Below, in pieces: positions 25,908-35,793 of a stretch of DNA of 51,590 bases. Both the position numbers and the translations under genes were made by a program. Where the stretch lies: assembly GCA_018303725.1 (NCBI GenBank), contig JAGVXP010000001.1, positions 1 to 51,590 on the forward strand. Direction: 5' to 3'. Origin of the DNA: Candidatus Woesearchaeota archaeon. GTDB taxonomy: Archaea; Nanobdellota; Nanobdellia; Woesearchaeales; JAGVXP01. The notes below the pieces were generated by a model. That model was given only the letters and a program-made list of their open reading frames with translations. It was not told where the DNA came from and made no database searches. Position 1 is the stretch's first letter. Every line of letters begins with the position of its first letter.

Positions 25908-28130
25908 ATGTACGAATTGATTATAACAGAGAAACCAGCAGCAGCACAGAAAATAGCTGATGCCCTGGCAGATGGAAAGCCAATCAGGGAAGGCTCTCAG
26001 GGTGTTTATTATTATAAAATAACCCGTGGAAAAAAAGACATTGTTGTAGCATGCGCTGTTGGCCACCTTTATGGCCTGGACCAGAAAGAAGGCTCTAAAT
26101 GGCAGTTTCCTGTTTTTGATATTGAATGGCAGCCATCTCATGAAACCAGAAAAGAGTCTGCTTTCACAAAAAAATATTTGCAACAATTAAAAAAATTAGC
26201 AAAAGAAGCAAAAGAGTTTACAGTTGCCTGTGATTATGATGTTGAGGGAGAAGTGATTGGGTTAAATGTGGTAAGGTATACCTGCAATCAAAAAGATGCA
26301 GCAAGAATGAAATTCTCAACATTAACAAAACCTGACTTAATAGAGGCTTATGAAAACAAGTCAAAAACATTGGATTGGGGGCAGGCAAATGCTGGTGAAA
26401 CAAGGCATTTCTTAGATTGGTATAATGGTATAAATTACAGCAGGGCTTTGACAGATGCTATAAAACAAGCCGGTGCTTTCAAGATCATGTCTACCGGCAG
26501 AGTCCAAGGACCAGCTTTAAAAATAATTGTAGACAGGGAAAAGGAAATCAAGGCATTTAAGCCGGTTCCATTCTGGCAAATACAGCTTTTAGGCAATGTA
26601 AAAAAACAGGACATAGAGGCATGGCACAAGCAGGATAAGTTCTGGAAAAAAGAAGAAGCAGAAGAAGTGATGAAGAATGTCAAAGGCCAGAAAAATGGGA
26701 TTATAGATAAAATAGAAAAAAATCAATTCAATCAAGCGCCGCCTTTCCCATTTGACTTAACAACCTTACAGATTGAAGCATACAGGTGCCATGGAATACA
26801 GCCAAAAGAAACATTATCCATAGCCCAGGATTTGTACACAAGCGGCTGTATCTCTTATCCAAGAACCTCTTCACAGCAATTAACACCAAAAATAGGCTAT
26901 AACAAAATAATCTCGGCTTTGTCCAAACAAAGCAGCTATTCAGATTTATGCTCAAACCTATTAAAAAATGAGTTAAAACCAAACAATGGAACTAAAACGG
27001 ACCCAGCACACCCTGCAATCTACCCCACCGGAATAGCCCCCAAAACAGAACAAAGAGGATTAAGAATATATGATTTGATTGTAAGAAGGTTTTTGGCAAC
27101 ATTTGCAGAGCCAGCCTTAAGGGAAACAATGGTGATCTATGTTGATGTTAACAAAGAGATATTTATTGCAAAAGGAACAAGGACAATAAAAAAGGGGTGG
27201 CATGTTTATTACGGGCCTTATGTTAAACTAGAAGAGATAGAACTTCCATCAGTAGTTAAAGGAGACATTGTAGACATCAAAAAAATCACATTGCAGGAAA
27301 AAGAAACCCAGCCGCCAAGAAGATACACCCCCGCTTCTATTATAAAGGAACTTGAGAAAAGAGGGCTTGGAACCAAAAGCACCAGGGCAATTATAGTAGA
27401 TACCCTATTCCAGAGGGGCTATGTGCATGGAACAGCAATAGAAGCAACAGAATTTGGCATTAAAACAATAGAAACTTTAGAAAAGCATGCCCCAAAAATA
27501 GTAGATGAAGAATTAACAAGACACTTTGAAGAGGAAATGGAAGAGATAAGAGAAAACAAAAAGAAAAAAGAGGAAGTTTTGGAAGAAGCAAAAGATGCTT
27601 TAAGCAAAATTATTAATGATTTCAAAAAAGAAGAGAAAGAAATCGGAAAAAAGTTACTATCTGCTTTTAGAGAAACAAGGGATGTTATGACAACTCTAGG
27701 CAAGTGCCCTAATTGTAAAGACGGTGATTTACAGATAAGGAAAGGAAAGTTTGGGCAGTTTGCTGCTTGTAACAAATACCCCAAATGCAAAACAACTTTT
27801 TCATTGCCAACTGATGCAAAGATAGTACCATCTAAGAATTTATGCACAATTTGCGGTTTTTCAATGGTTAAGGAAATAAGGAAGAAGAGTGCTAAGGAAT
27901 TTTGTTTAAACCCAAAATGTAAATCAAAGCATGTTGAAGGCGAGGCTGGAAAGCAGGCTAAAGCTATTGCAAAGGGAAAAATAGAAAAAGAATGCCCCAA
28001 ATGCAAGGAAGCTGGAAGGGAAGGGAAATTGGTTTTGAGGGGCTCAATTTATGGAAAATTTTATGGCTGCTCTAACTACCCTAAATGCAAACATATAGAG
28101 AAGCTGGGAAACAGCCCCAATAAGCAATGA
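25908..28130 (+). CDS. topA: DNA topoisomerase, type IA
   Basis: Toprim start ELIITEKPAAAQKIA and active-site ISYPRTSSQQL. There are three C-terminal Cys4 zinc ribbons (CPNCKDG...CNKYPKCK, CTICGF...CLNPKCK, CPKCKEA...CSNYPKCK). Confidence 0.9.
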   Translation: MYELIITEKPAAAQKIADALADGKPIREGSQGVYYYKITRGKKDIVVACAVGHLYGLDQKEGSKWQFPVFDIEWQPSHETRKESAFTKKYLQQLKKLAKEAKEFTVACDYDVEGEVIGLNVVRYTCNQKDAARMKFSTLTKPDLIEAYENKSKTLDWGQANAGETRHFLDWYNGINYSRALTDAIKQAGAFKIMSTGRVQGPALKIIVDREKEIKAFKPVPFWQIQLLGNVKKQDIEAWHKQDKFWKKEEAEEVMKNVKGQKNGIIDKIEKNQFNQAPPFPFDLTTLQIEAYRCHGIQPKETLSIAQDLYTSGCISYPRTSSQQLTPKIGYNKIISALSKQSSYSDLCSNLLKNELKPNNGTKTDPAHPAIYPTGIAPKTEQRGLRIYDLIVRRFLATFAEPALRETMVIYVDVNKEIFIAKGTRTIKKGWHVYYGPYVKLEEIELPSVVKGDIVDIKKITLQEKETQPPRRYTPASIIKELEKRGLGTKSTRAIIVDTLFQRGYVHGTAIEATEFGIKTIETLEKHAPKIVDEELTRHFEEEMEEIRENKKKKEEVLEEAKDALSKIINDFKKEEKEIGKKLLSAFRETRDVMTTLGKCPNCKDGDLQIRKGKFGQFAACNKYPKCKTTFSLPTDAKIVPSKNLCTICGFSMVKEIRKKSAKEFCLNPKCKSKHVEGEAGKQAKAIAKGKIEKECPKCKEAGREGKLVLRGSIYGKFYGCSNYPKCKHIEKLGNSPNKQ

Positions 28131-28313
28131 GCATAACTAACCCCACACAGTGTATTGAATTATGGCGTTTTCTGGATTGGTTTTAGGTGTTTTTTGTGAA
28201 AAAAGGAAAATAAGATTATGTTATAAAACCAAAATTAAATATACCAAATCTGTGTATGCCAAAAAGCTAGAAAACAAAAAATATTAAATACTAACCCAGA
28301 TATTCTTGAAAAT

Positions 28314-30161
28314 ATGAAAAAGACAATATTGCTGGTTGTACTGCTAATATTAATACCCGCCATTTACGCTAAAGAGGGGCACATCACATTATTGGCGGTA
28401 AAAGAAACAGAAACCGGATTGGAAGGATCAATAGCTGATTTAGCTCTAGAAATAAAGCCCGGTTCAGGAAGGGTTTTTTTGGATACATTTCCGCTGACAA
28501 AGACAGACACCCAAATTTCAACAAGATTTGCAAAAGAGATAGCTTGTGATTATATTGATTTTGATTGCAGCAGATATGACTTTATTTATACAATAACAGC
28601 AGATAGCGCTATTATTGGTGGCCCTTCGGCCGGAGCTGCAGCTACTATACTAACAATATCGTTGCTTGATAACTTAAAATTGGACGATGGTATCACAATA
28701 ACAGGAACCATTAATTCTGGTGGGCTAATCGGACCCGTAGGCGGAATAAGCGCAAAGATAGATGCTGCTTCTGAAGCAAAGATTAAAAAGGTGCTAATAC
28801 CAAAAGGCGAACGTTTTGTAAAAGAGGACAAAACAGAGACAATAAATGCTATTAATGATTCTGTGATAATAAATTTAACCAAAAATAATCAAACATTGGA
28901 CTTAGTCTCATATGGAGAGAAAAAGGGAGTAAAGATAACTGAAGTTTCTGATTTAAGCGAGGTTATTTATGAGTTTACAGGCAAAAGGATAAGAGAGGCT
29001 GATGGCGAGTTGGTAATTGATAGCAAATACAAAAAGACTATGGAAGGGTTGGCTATTCAGCTGTGCAACAGGAGCGAAGAATTAAGAAGGAAGGCTATTA
29101 GAGAGGATATATATAACGATGAAGGTATAATGGCTGTCAAAGAGTCTGCTTTAAATTTAACAAAACTAGGAGAAGAGGCATATAAAAAAGGAATTCACTA
29201 TTCTTCTGCCAGCTATTGTTTTGGAGCAAATGTTAAATTTAGTTATATACTATCATATTTACAAAATCAGAGTGAAGGAGAGGATATACTAAACAAAATC
29301 AATAAAACTGAAATGATTATAGAACAACTTAATAAAAGAATAGATGAAGAAGATAAAAAAACAATAACAGATTTAGAAGCATATGCTGTTATCAAAGAGA
29401 GGCTAATTGAAGCGAAAGATTATTTAAAATCGGTTAACAAAAGCCATAGTCTTTATGATTTAGCTTATGCTATTGAAAGGGTTTACAGCGCTAATTCGTG
29501 GCTGGCTTTTTTTGATAACAGGGGAAAAGAATTTGACTTAAACAAAGAAATTCTTAAAAAATCATGCCAGGATAAGATATTGGAAGCAGAGGAAAGATTG
29601 CAGTATGTCAGTTTATTTTTTCCTGGGGGGCTGGATGGAACAGATAATGAATTGGATTATGCTTATAAAGATTTGGATAATGGCGATTTTGAACTTTGCC
29701 TCTTTAAAGCGAGTAAAGCAAAGGCAGAATCTGATGTTATACTTAGCACATTTGGCGTAGAAGAAGACAGAACCTTAGATTTAATAAATCAAAAATCAGA
29801 GATAGTAAAAAAGGATTTAATCAAACAGGTCAAAAAAGGGATTTTTCCAGTAATAGGCTACTCCTACTATGAGTATGCAAATGATTTAAAAGAAACAGAC
29901 CAATATTCGGCTTTGCTATACCTGGAATATGCATTAGAATTGAGCAATATAGATTTATATTTAAAAACTGATAAGAAGGATGATAATATTTTTGTGAATA
30001 AAAACCTATTAATCATCTTTATTTTAGGTGTGGGCATAGGGTTCTTTTTATCAATTGGCTGGGCAAAAAAACAAAAAATGGATGAGGGTAAAACAAAAAA
30101 GAAAATTAAAAACCCGAGCAGAACACTCAAGAAGAATGCCCTGCTGGGAAAAAAGAGGTGA
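28314..30161 (+). CDS. Secreted, C-terminally anchored S16 (Lon-protease-domain) serine peptidase
   Basis: Signal peptide, then Lon proteolytic-domain motifs: IGGPSAGAAAT (Ser) and GPVGGISAKIDAASEAKIKKVLIPKGE (Lys). No AAA+ module. A long helical region, a C-terminal TM and a basic tail follow. Confidence 0.75.
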   Translation: MKKTILLVVLLILIPAIYAKEGHITLLAVKETETGLEGSIADLALEIKPGSGRVFLDTFPLTKTDTQISTRFAKEIACDYIDFDCSRYDFIYTITADSAIIGGPSAGAAATILTISLLDNLKLDDGITITGTINSGGLIGPVGGISAKIDAASEAKIKKVLIPKGERFVKEDKTETINAINDSVIINLTKNNQTLDLVSYGEKKGVKITEVSDLSEVIYEFTGKRIREADGELVIDSKYKKTMEGLAIQLCNRSEELRRKAIREDIYNDEGIMAVKESALNLTKLGEEAYKKGIHYSSASYCFGANVKFSYILSYLQNQSEGEDILNKINKTEMIIEQLNKRIDEEDKKTITDLEAYAVIKERLIEAKDYLKSVNKSHSLYDLAYAIERVYSANSWLAFFDNRGKEFDLNKEILKKSCQDKILEAEERLQYVSLFFPGGLDGTDNELDYAYKDLDNGDFELCLFKASKAKAESDVILSTFGVEEDRTLDLINQKSEIVKKDLIKQVKKGIFPVIGYSYYEYANDLKETDQYSALLYLEYALELSNIDLYLKTDKKDDNIFVNKNLLIIFILGVGIGFFLSIGWAKKQKMDEGKTKKKIKNPSRTLKKNALLGKKR

Positions 30162-30290
30162 TAGATTCTAAGTTTAAATTATTATAACTACTATATAAAT
30201 GTTTCGTTAGGATAGCATTTTAAAGTAGTGACAAAATGGTAGTTAATAATGACCAATAAATATTTAAATTATCCTGGCTTCTTCTAAAGC

Positions 30291-30821
30291 ATGTTATGCA
30301 TTAAATGCAAAAAGAAAGAGCCATGTATAAGATTAAAACACTTAGGCCCTTTATGCAATAATTGTTTTTGCACCATAATAGAGAAAAGGATAAGAAAGCA
30401 CATTAGGATTAACAAAATCTTTAAGAAAAATGACAATATCCTGGTTATTGGTGATTTATGCCATTATCTTGTTAAAAAAATAATCAAGGATTTACCTGTA
30501 AAAATAATAAAAACAAAAAAAATAAAGAGAACCAAAGGCTATAAGGTCGTTATTCCGTGGACCTTGGATGATGAAACTAATTGTTTCTTAAATGAAATTC
30601 TTTCCAAAGGCAAAACAAAAGCAAGAGAAAGCGCTTACATCAGACTGTTGGAGAATATAACTGATGAAGAGGCTTTGCTTTTTTCTAAACTTAAAGGGAT
30701 AAGCTTTAAACCAAAAAAGAAAAATAAGGATATAAAAAGCATATTAGACCAGTTAGAAGAGAGATATCCTGAAACAAAGTTTAGTTTATTAAAAAGTATA
30801 AACCAAATAAAAAGGCTATAG
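30291..30821 (+). CDS. Zinc-finger protein resembling a truncated, PP-loop-less TtuA/NcsA-type ATP pyrophosphatase
   Basis: CIKCKKK...LCNNCFCTIIEKRIRKHI resembles the N-terminal zinc finger of TtuA/NcsA. VVIPWTLDDETNCFLNEILSKG resembles GH.LDDEAET.L.N. The expected SGGxDS is replaced by VIGDLCHY. Weak motif-level call. Confidence 0.4.
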   Translation: MLCIKCKKKEPCIRLKHLGPLCNNCFCTIIEKRIRKHIRINKIFKKNDNILVIGDLCHYLVKKIIKDLPVKIIKTKKIKRTKGYKVVIPWTLDDETNCFLNEILSKGKTKARESAYIRLLENITDEEALLFSKLKGISFKPKKKNKDIKSILDQLEERYPETKFSLLKSINQIKRL

Positions 30822-30822
30822 C

Positions 30823-32616
30823 ATGGGAATTAAGATAGAGAAAGAAACAATAAAAGCAATAATTCTAATTGCAGCCTTATGCGCAGTTGTATATGCGAAT
30901 ACATTCAGGAATAACTTTGCATTTGATGATAATAAATTCATAATAAAAAATTTAGAGATAAGAAAGTTTAGCAATATCCCAAGCTTTTTCACAGAAGATG
31001 TTGACGGGCTTTATAGGCCAATGAGAACAATTCTTTATTCAATTAACTATACTATTTGGGGTTTAAATCCCTTTGGTTATCATCTAAATTCATTAATATT
31101 CCATATATTAAACACAATATTGGTTTTTTTAATTTCAAATCAGATTACCAAAAAAAAGGGGATATCATTAATTGCCTCTCTGCTTTTTGCAACCCACCCC
31201 CTCCATACAGAGAGGGTAACAAACATGACAGCAGGTTTTGACCAATTAGGCATATTCTTATTCTTATTGGCCCTTTACTTTTATATTAATTTCTCATTAA
31301 AGCAAACTAATAAATTTTTTTACTATTCCCTTGCTTCTTTTGTGTTGGCATTGCTCTCTTCAGAGGAAGCGGCCACATTGCCGCTTATTATATTATTGTA
31401 TGATATATCATTTAATAAGACAAATAAGGAGTTGTTTAAGAAAAATGCAAAAATTTATGCCTCTTTTTTCATTCTGCTTCTCCTTTATATTGTATTAAGG
31501 TTTTTTATCCTTGGTATAGGCGCAAGAGTAGAAAATTACTTGCAAGGAAGCGCTTATATAACATTTGTTGCCATGACTAAAGTTTTTGCTGAATATATCC
31601 TCATCCTTTTTATGCCAATAAACCTTACTTTATCGCGAACAATCAGCCTAGCAAAAGCGTCTATTTTAGAACCAACAGTTATATCCTCAATTTTAATTTT
31701 ATTGGCTGTTTTGGCAGTGACAATAAAATCTTACAAAAAATCAAGTATAGTGTTCTTCTCTGTTTTCTGGTTTTTTATAACCTTGCTTCCTGTTTCAAAT
31801 ATAATCCCCCTCCACACCATAATGGCAGAACGCTATTTATACCTGCCATCAGTTGGTTTTTGTATTTTTATAGCTTTTTTAATTGATAAATTATATGGTC
31901 TAAACATAAAGGAGGTATCAAGAAAAAGAATAAAAATAATCACAACAGCAATTGTTATTTTGATATTACTTTTTTATTCTTATTCTACAATAAAAAGAAA
32001 CCTTGAATGGAGAGATGATATAACACTATGGAGCAAAACAATTGAGACATCCCCCCTAAGTTCGTTTGCCCATGATAACCTGGGTTTTGCCTATTCGCAA
32101 AAAGGCATGGCTGATTTAGCTATAAAAGAGTTTAATAGGGCTATAGAGCTAGACCCCAACAACTATCAAGCATACACAAACTTGGGGACAATATACGCAC
32201 AAAAAGGCCTATATGACTTAGCTATAGAACAATTTAAAAAATCAATTGAGATCAGCCCAAATTTTGCCAATTCCCATAACTATCTGGCTCTTGCTTACAA
32301 AAATAAAGGCATGCTTGATTTGGCAATAAATGAGTTCAATAAAGCTATAGAGCTGGATCCTAATGCGTACAAAGCGCATAGCAACCTTGGGGTTGTCTAT
32401 GCTGAAAATAGGGATTATGATTTAGCTGTAAAAGAGCTCAAGAAAGCCATAGAGATAAATTTTAATTATGATGAAGCACATTACAACCTAGGAATTGTTT
32501 ATTCGTATTTGGAAGAATATGATTTGGCAAAAAAAGAATTTGAAATAGCATCCCAATTAGATCCTGCAAATAAAGACCACTTGAATACGATTGAAAGATT
32601 AAAAAATGCTAAATAA
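30823..32616 (+). CDS. GT-C type membrane glycosyltransferase with C-terminal TPR repeats (TMTC/PMT-like)
   Basis: About 10 TM helices with an early FAFDDNKFI loop motif. Then at least five 34-residue TPR units, each starting A(H/Y)xNLG and containing ...AIEL(D/S)PN. Confidence 0.75.
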   Translation: MGIKIEKETIKAIILIAALCAVVYANTFRNNFAFDDNKFIIKNLEIRKFSNIPSFFTEDVDGLYRPMRTILYSINYTIWGLNPFGYHLNSLIFHILNTILVFLISNQITKKKGISLIASLLFATHPLHTERVTNMTAGFDQLGIFLFLLALYFYINFSLKQTNKFFYYSLASFVLALLSSEEAATLPLIILLYDISFNKTNKELFKKNAKIYASFFILLLLYIVLRFFILGIGARVENYLQGSAYITFVAMTKVFAEYILILFMPINLTLSRTISLAKASILEPTVISSILILLAVLAVTIKSYKKSSIVFFSVFWFFITLLPVSNIIPLHTIMAERYLYLPSVGFCIFIAFLIDKLYGLNIKEVSRKRIKIITTAIVILILLFYSYSTIKRNLEWRDDITLWSKTIETSPLSSFAHDNLGFAYSQKGMADLAIKEFNRAIELDPNNYQAYTNLGTIYAQKGLYDLAIEQFKKSIEISPNFANSHNYLALAYKNKGMLDLAINEFNKAIELDPNAYKAHSNLGVVYAENRDYDLAVKELKKAIEINFNYDEAHYNLGIVYSYLEEYDLAKKEFEIASQLDPANKDHLNTIERLKNAK

Positions 32617-33580
32617 GCTCTTTTTGTTTCTGATTATATTGATCTTGCTCTCTTTTAGTGCAGGATGCAAAGATTTTGAGAAAGACGAAACACCAAAAGA
32701 AACAACAATAGACCCAATAATGGTTTTCTGCCCAAGAGAGGATTGCAATAAAGCCTTGGTTGATATAATCAACTCTGCCCAAAAGTCTGTTTATTGCGCT
32801 TTCTTTGACCTTGACTTAAAGGAGGTAATTGATTCCCTGGGCAAAAAGAGCCAAAACATAGATGTTAAGGTTGTTATTGACGAGCAAAACAATAATAATT
32901 TGATAGCCGGCCCAGGAGTGAGATTTGATGACAGCAGCCAATTAACACACAACAAATTTTGCGTTGTAGATGGCTATATTGTTACAACGGGCTCCTTTAA
33001 TCCTACACAAAGAGACGCTCACTATAACAATAACAACTTGATAATTTTTTCTTCAATATACTTAGCAAAAAACTATGAAGAGGAATTTTATGAGTTATGG
33101 GATGGCTCTTTTGGAAAAGGCAAAAAAGTGAACTACCCCGTAATTTACCTGAATAATAAGGAAACAGAAAATTACTTCTGCCCAGATGATAAATGCTCAG
33201 AAAAAGTTGCTAATGTTATAAATTCTGCCAAAAAATCAGTTTATTTTATGGTGTTCTCTTTCACAAAGGAAGAGATTGCAGATGCAATCTTATTCAAGGA
33301 TGATGTTGAAATCAAAGGCATTTTTGATAAAACCCAGTCTGGCTCAAAATATTCCCAATATTGGAGATTGAAAGACTTTGGCATTGACGTTAAGCTGGAT
33401 AAAAACAAATATTTCCTTCACCACAAGGTTTTTATTATAGACAACGAAACAGTTGTCACCGGCTCTTTCAACCCTTCCTCAGCTGGCGAATACAAAAACG
33501 ATGAAAACATAGTGATAATCCACGACAAGGATATAGCAGGAAAATATCTGGAAGAGTTTGATTATGTCTGGAACCAGTGA
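32606..33580 (+). CDS. Phospholipase D-family (two HKD motifs) lipoprotein, nuclease or phospholipase
   Basis: Lipobox-like LSFSAGC after a hydrophobic N-terminus. Two HxK(x)4D(x)6GSxN motifs: HNKFCVVDGYIVTTGSFN and HHKVFIIDNETVVTGSFN. Confidence 0.85.
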   Translation: MLNKLFLFLIILILLSFSAGCKDFEKDETPKETTIDPIMVFCPREDCNKALVDIINSAQKSVYCAFFDLDLKEVIDSLGKKSQNIDVKVVIDEQNNNNLIAGPGVRFDDSSQLTHNKFCVVDGYIVTTGSFNPTQRDAHYNNNNLIIFSSIYLAKNYEEEFYELWDGSFGKGKKVNYPVIYLNNKETENYFCPDDKCSEKVANVINSAKKSVYFMVFSFTKEEIADAILFKDDVEIKGIFDKTQSGSKYSQYWRLKDFGIDVKLDKNKYFLHHKVFIIDNETVVTGSFNPSSAGEYKNDENIVIIHDKDIAGKYLEEFDYVWNQ

Positions 33581-33617
33581 TTTTAAGATAATTTTAAAAA
33601 CCAAGTTATACTACCTG

Positions 33618-34610
33618 ATGGCTATGAAAAAATATGACGTCTTTGGAATCGGCTCGGCATTGATGGATTTATTGATAGAAATAGACCCAAAAGAGCTTTT
33701 AGAGATAGACTTGAAGCATGGCGAAATGCATCTGATTGATGAAGAAAAATCAAAAAAAATTCTTGAAAAACTGAAAAAATACAAAGTTAAAATAGCGCCA
33801 GGCGGCTCATCAGCAAACACATTGGTTGATATAGCAAGATTAGGCGGCAAAGTTGTTTTCTGCGGCAAGGTAGGCAGGGACAGCCATGGGGATATTTACG
33901 AGCAGAAACTAAAAGACCACAAAATAAAATCCAACATATCCAAAGGCAGCCTTAAAACAGGCCACGCAATAACATTTATTACACCGGATTCACAAAGGAC
34001 ATTCGCAACGCATCTTGGCGCTACGCTGGAGCTGAAAAAAGAAGACATATTCGCTGAAGATATTAAAGCAAGCAAGATATTGCATATTGAGGGCTACCAG
34101 CTTGAGGATAAAAGCCTGAGGGAAGCAGCAATTCACGCTATGAATATAGCAAAAAATAGCAATGTAAGGATTTCAATAGACCTTTCTGATCCGGCGCTGG
34201 TAAAAAGAAACATGGGCCATCTCAAGCCATTGGTTAAAAAATATGCCAGCATAGTTTTTGCAAATGAGGAAGAGGCAAGGGAATTCACCGGGCTTGGACC
34301 GGAAGAAGCCATCAACTCATTGGCGGAATTCTGTAATACTGTAATAATCAAGCTTGGAAAAAAAGGCTCTCTTATAAAGCACGATGGAAAAGTCTACCAA
34401 ATACCCTGCGTAAAAGCAAAAGCAATAGACACAACAGGAGCAGGAGACGCCTATGCAGCAGGCATCCTATATGGCCTGGCTAATGATTGTGATATAGAAA
34501 TTGCCGGTGAAATCGGCTCGCTGATAGCTGCAAAAGTAGTTGAAAAGATAGGGGCAAGGCTTGATGACATGCCTTATAGGGAAATAGAGAAGATTAAGAA
34601 TAAAAAATAA
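33618..34610 (+). CDS. PfkB-family kinase (adenosine/ribokinase-like)
   Basis: GGSSANT and DTTGAGDAYAAG motifs. Start is moved to ATG 33618/33624 (MAMKKYDVFGIGSA). Confidence 0.85.
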   Translation: MAMKKYDVFGIGSALMDLLIEIDPKELLEIDLKHGEMHLIDEEKSKKILEKLKKYKVKIAPGGSSANTLVDIARLGGKVVFCGKVGRDSHGDIYEQKLKDHKIKSNISKGSLKTGHAITFITPDSQRTFATHLGATLELKKEDIFAEDIKASKILHIEGYQLEDKSLREAAIHAMNIAKNSNVRISIDLSDPALVKRNMGHLKPLVKKYASIVFANEEEAREFTGLGPEEAINSLAEFCNTVIIKLGKKGSLIKHDGKVYQIPCVKAKAIDTTGAGDAYAAGILYGLANDCDIEIAGEIGSLIAAKVVEKIGARLDDMPYREIEKIKNKK

Positions 34611-34612
34611 AA

Positions 34613-35254
34613 ATGTCAATAAGGGAAAGCATAGAAAAGATAAGAAAAACAATTCCGCCGGACGTTGCTCTGGTTGCAGCTACAAAAACCAGGGCGATAG
34701 AAGAAATAAAAGAGGCAATAAAAGCCGGGATCGCTATAATTGGGGAAAATTATGTCCAGGAAGCAGAGAAAAAATTAGTTTTAAAGAGCAAGGTAAAATT
34801 CCATTGCATTGGCCATTTGCAGGCAAACAAGATAAAAAAAGCAGTTGAAATATTTGATATGATAGAGACAGTTGACTCCCTGAAAACAGCTAAAGAAATA
34901 AACCAGAGATGTGAGGCTGTCAGCAAAATAATGCCTGTCCTTATAGAAATTAACATAGGAAAAGAGCCATCCAAATTTGGTTGTATGCCCAAAGATGCGG
35001 AAACATTGGCCAAGGAAATAAAATTCCTTCCAAATCTTGAGCTGAAAGGGCTCATGGCAATGGCTCCATTTTTTGATGATCCGGAAAAAGACAGGCCTTA
35101 CTTCAAGGAAATGAAAAAAATATTTGATAATTTAAAAAGCAGGTATAATTTAGAGATATTATCAATGGGCATGTCTGATTCCTATAGAATAGCAATACAG
35201 GAAGGCGCCAATATGGTTAGGATTGGCAAATTGATTTTTGGCCCTAGAAAATAA
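34613..35254 (+). CDS. yggS: YggS-family pyridoxal-phosphate homeostasis protein
   Basis: VAATKTRAIEEI (PLP lysine), IGENYVQEA, IGHLQANK and SMGMSDSY motifs. Confidence 0.9.
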   Translation: MSIRESIEKIRKTIPPDVALVAATKTRAIEEIKEAIKAGIAIIGENYVQEAEKKLVLKSKVKFHCIGHLQANKIKKAVEIFDMIETVDSLKTAKEINQRCEAVSKIMPVLIEINIGKEPSKFGCMPKDAETLAKEIKFLPNLELKGLMAMAPFFDDPEKDRPYFKEMKKIFDNLKSRYNLEILSMGMSDSYRIAIQEGANMVRIGKLIFGPRK

Positions 35255-35281
35255 TTCTTTGAATTTAAAAATAAAAAAAGC

Positions 35282-35337
35282 CGGGATATATAGAAAACTC
35301 TTTTTTAAACGTTGGGGGTGTTTAAAAACATATCCCG
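35282..35337. terminator. Composite hairpin between convergent yggS and lrp-like genes
   Basis: Outer stem CGGGATAT (35282-35289) / ATATCCCG (35330-35337). Inner stem TTTTTAAAC (35302-35310) / GTTTAAAAA (35320-35328). Confidence 0.35.
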
Positions 35338-35357
35338 ACCTCAAAAATGAGCATAAT

Positions 35358-35789
35358 CTAGTTGAGTTCCTCCTTCACATTAGCAGTCACAACCATTGTT
35401 AGCGTTGTTTCAATCTGCTGCTCTTTTCTGAATTTGATAACAAAATCGTTAAACTCCTCTATATCATTGAATTTTAGTTTAATCAATAAATCATACTCGC
35501 CAGTCAAGCCAAAAACCTCCTTAACGTGCTCATTCTGGATTACCTTGTTGTCAAGAATGACATTTGGCTTTGTTTTGACCAGCATAAAGACAATAAAGTT
35601 TTCTCCTACTGCTTTATTATTTAATTTTACAGTAAATTTTTCAATTACCTTTTCGTCTGTTAATTTTTGGATTTTTTGATGAACTGTACTTGGCCTTATG
35701 CCTGTTTTTCTTGCTATATCCCTTATGCTTAGTCTTGAGTTTTGTTTTAGAATTTCTACTATTTTCAGCTCTTTTTCCCCTAATAGCAT
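35358..35789 (-). CDS. Lrp/AsnC-family transcriptional regulator
   Basis: N-terminal HTH (ILKQNSRLSIRDIARKTGIRPSTVHQKIQKL) and a C-terminal RAM/AsnC_trans_reg-like domain. Confidence 0.9.
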   Translation of the reverse strand: MLLGEKELKIVEILKQNSRLSIRDIARKTGIRPSTVHQKIQKLTDEKVIEKFTVKLNNKAVGENFIVFMLVKTKPNVILDNKVIQNEHVKEVFGLTGEYDLLIKLKFNDIEEFNDFVIKFRKEQQIETTLTMVVTANVKEELN

Positions 35790-35793
35790 AGTC

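Noticed and set aside
28162-28287. 41-codon basic ORF (MAFSGLVLGVFCEKRKIRLCYKTKIKYTK...) in the topA to S16-protease spacer.
   Set aside because: It has no RBS or TATA at a sensible distance and no recognisable motif. Its Lys-rich composition is what AT-rich noncoding DNA yields.
33558-33617. N-terminal extensions offered by the ORF track (33558 for the kinase, 25762 for Dus, 21716 for NadA, 17287 for Pcm, 42444 and 40633 for pilin-like genes).
   Set aside because: The extensions are hydrophobic or odd-composition peptides preceding a methionine where family-typical N-termini begin. They overlap upstream genes or promoters, so internal starts with TATA or RBS support were preferred.
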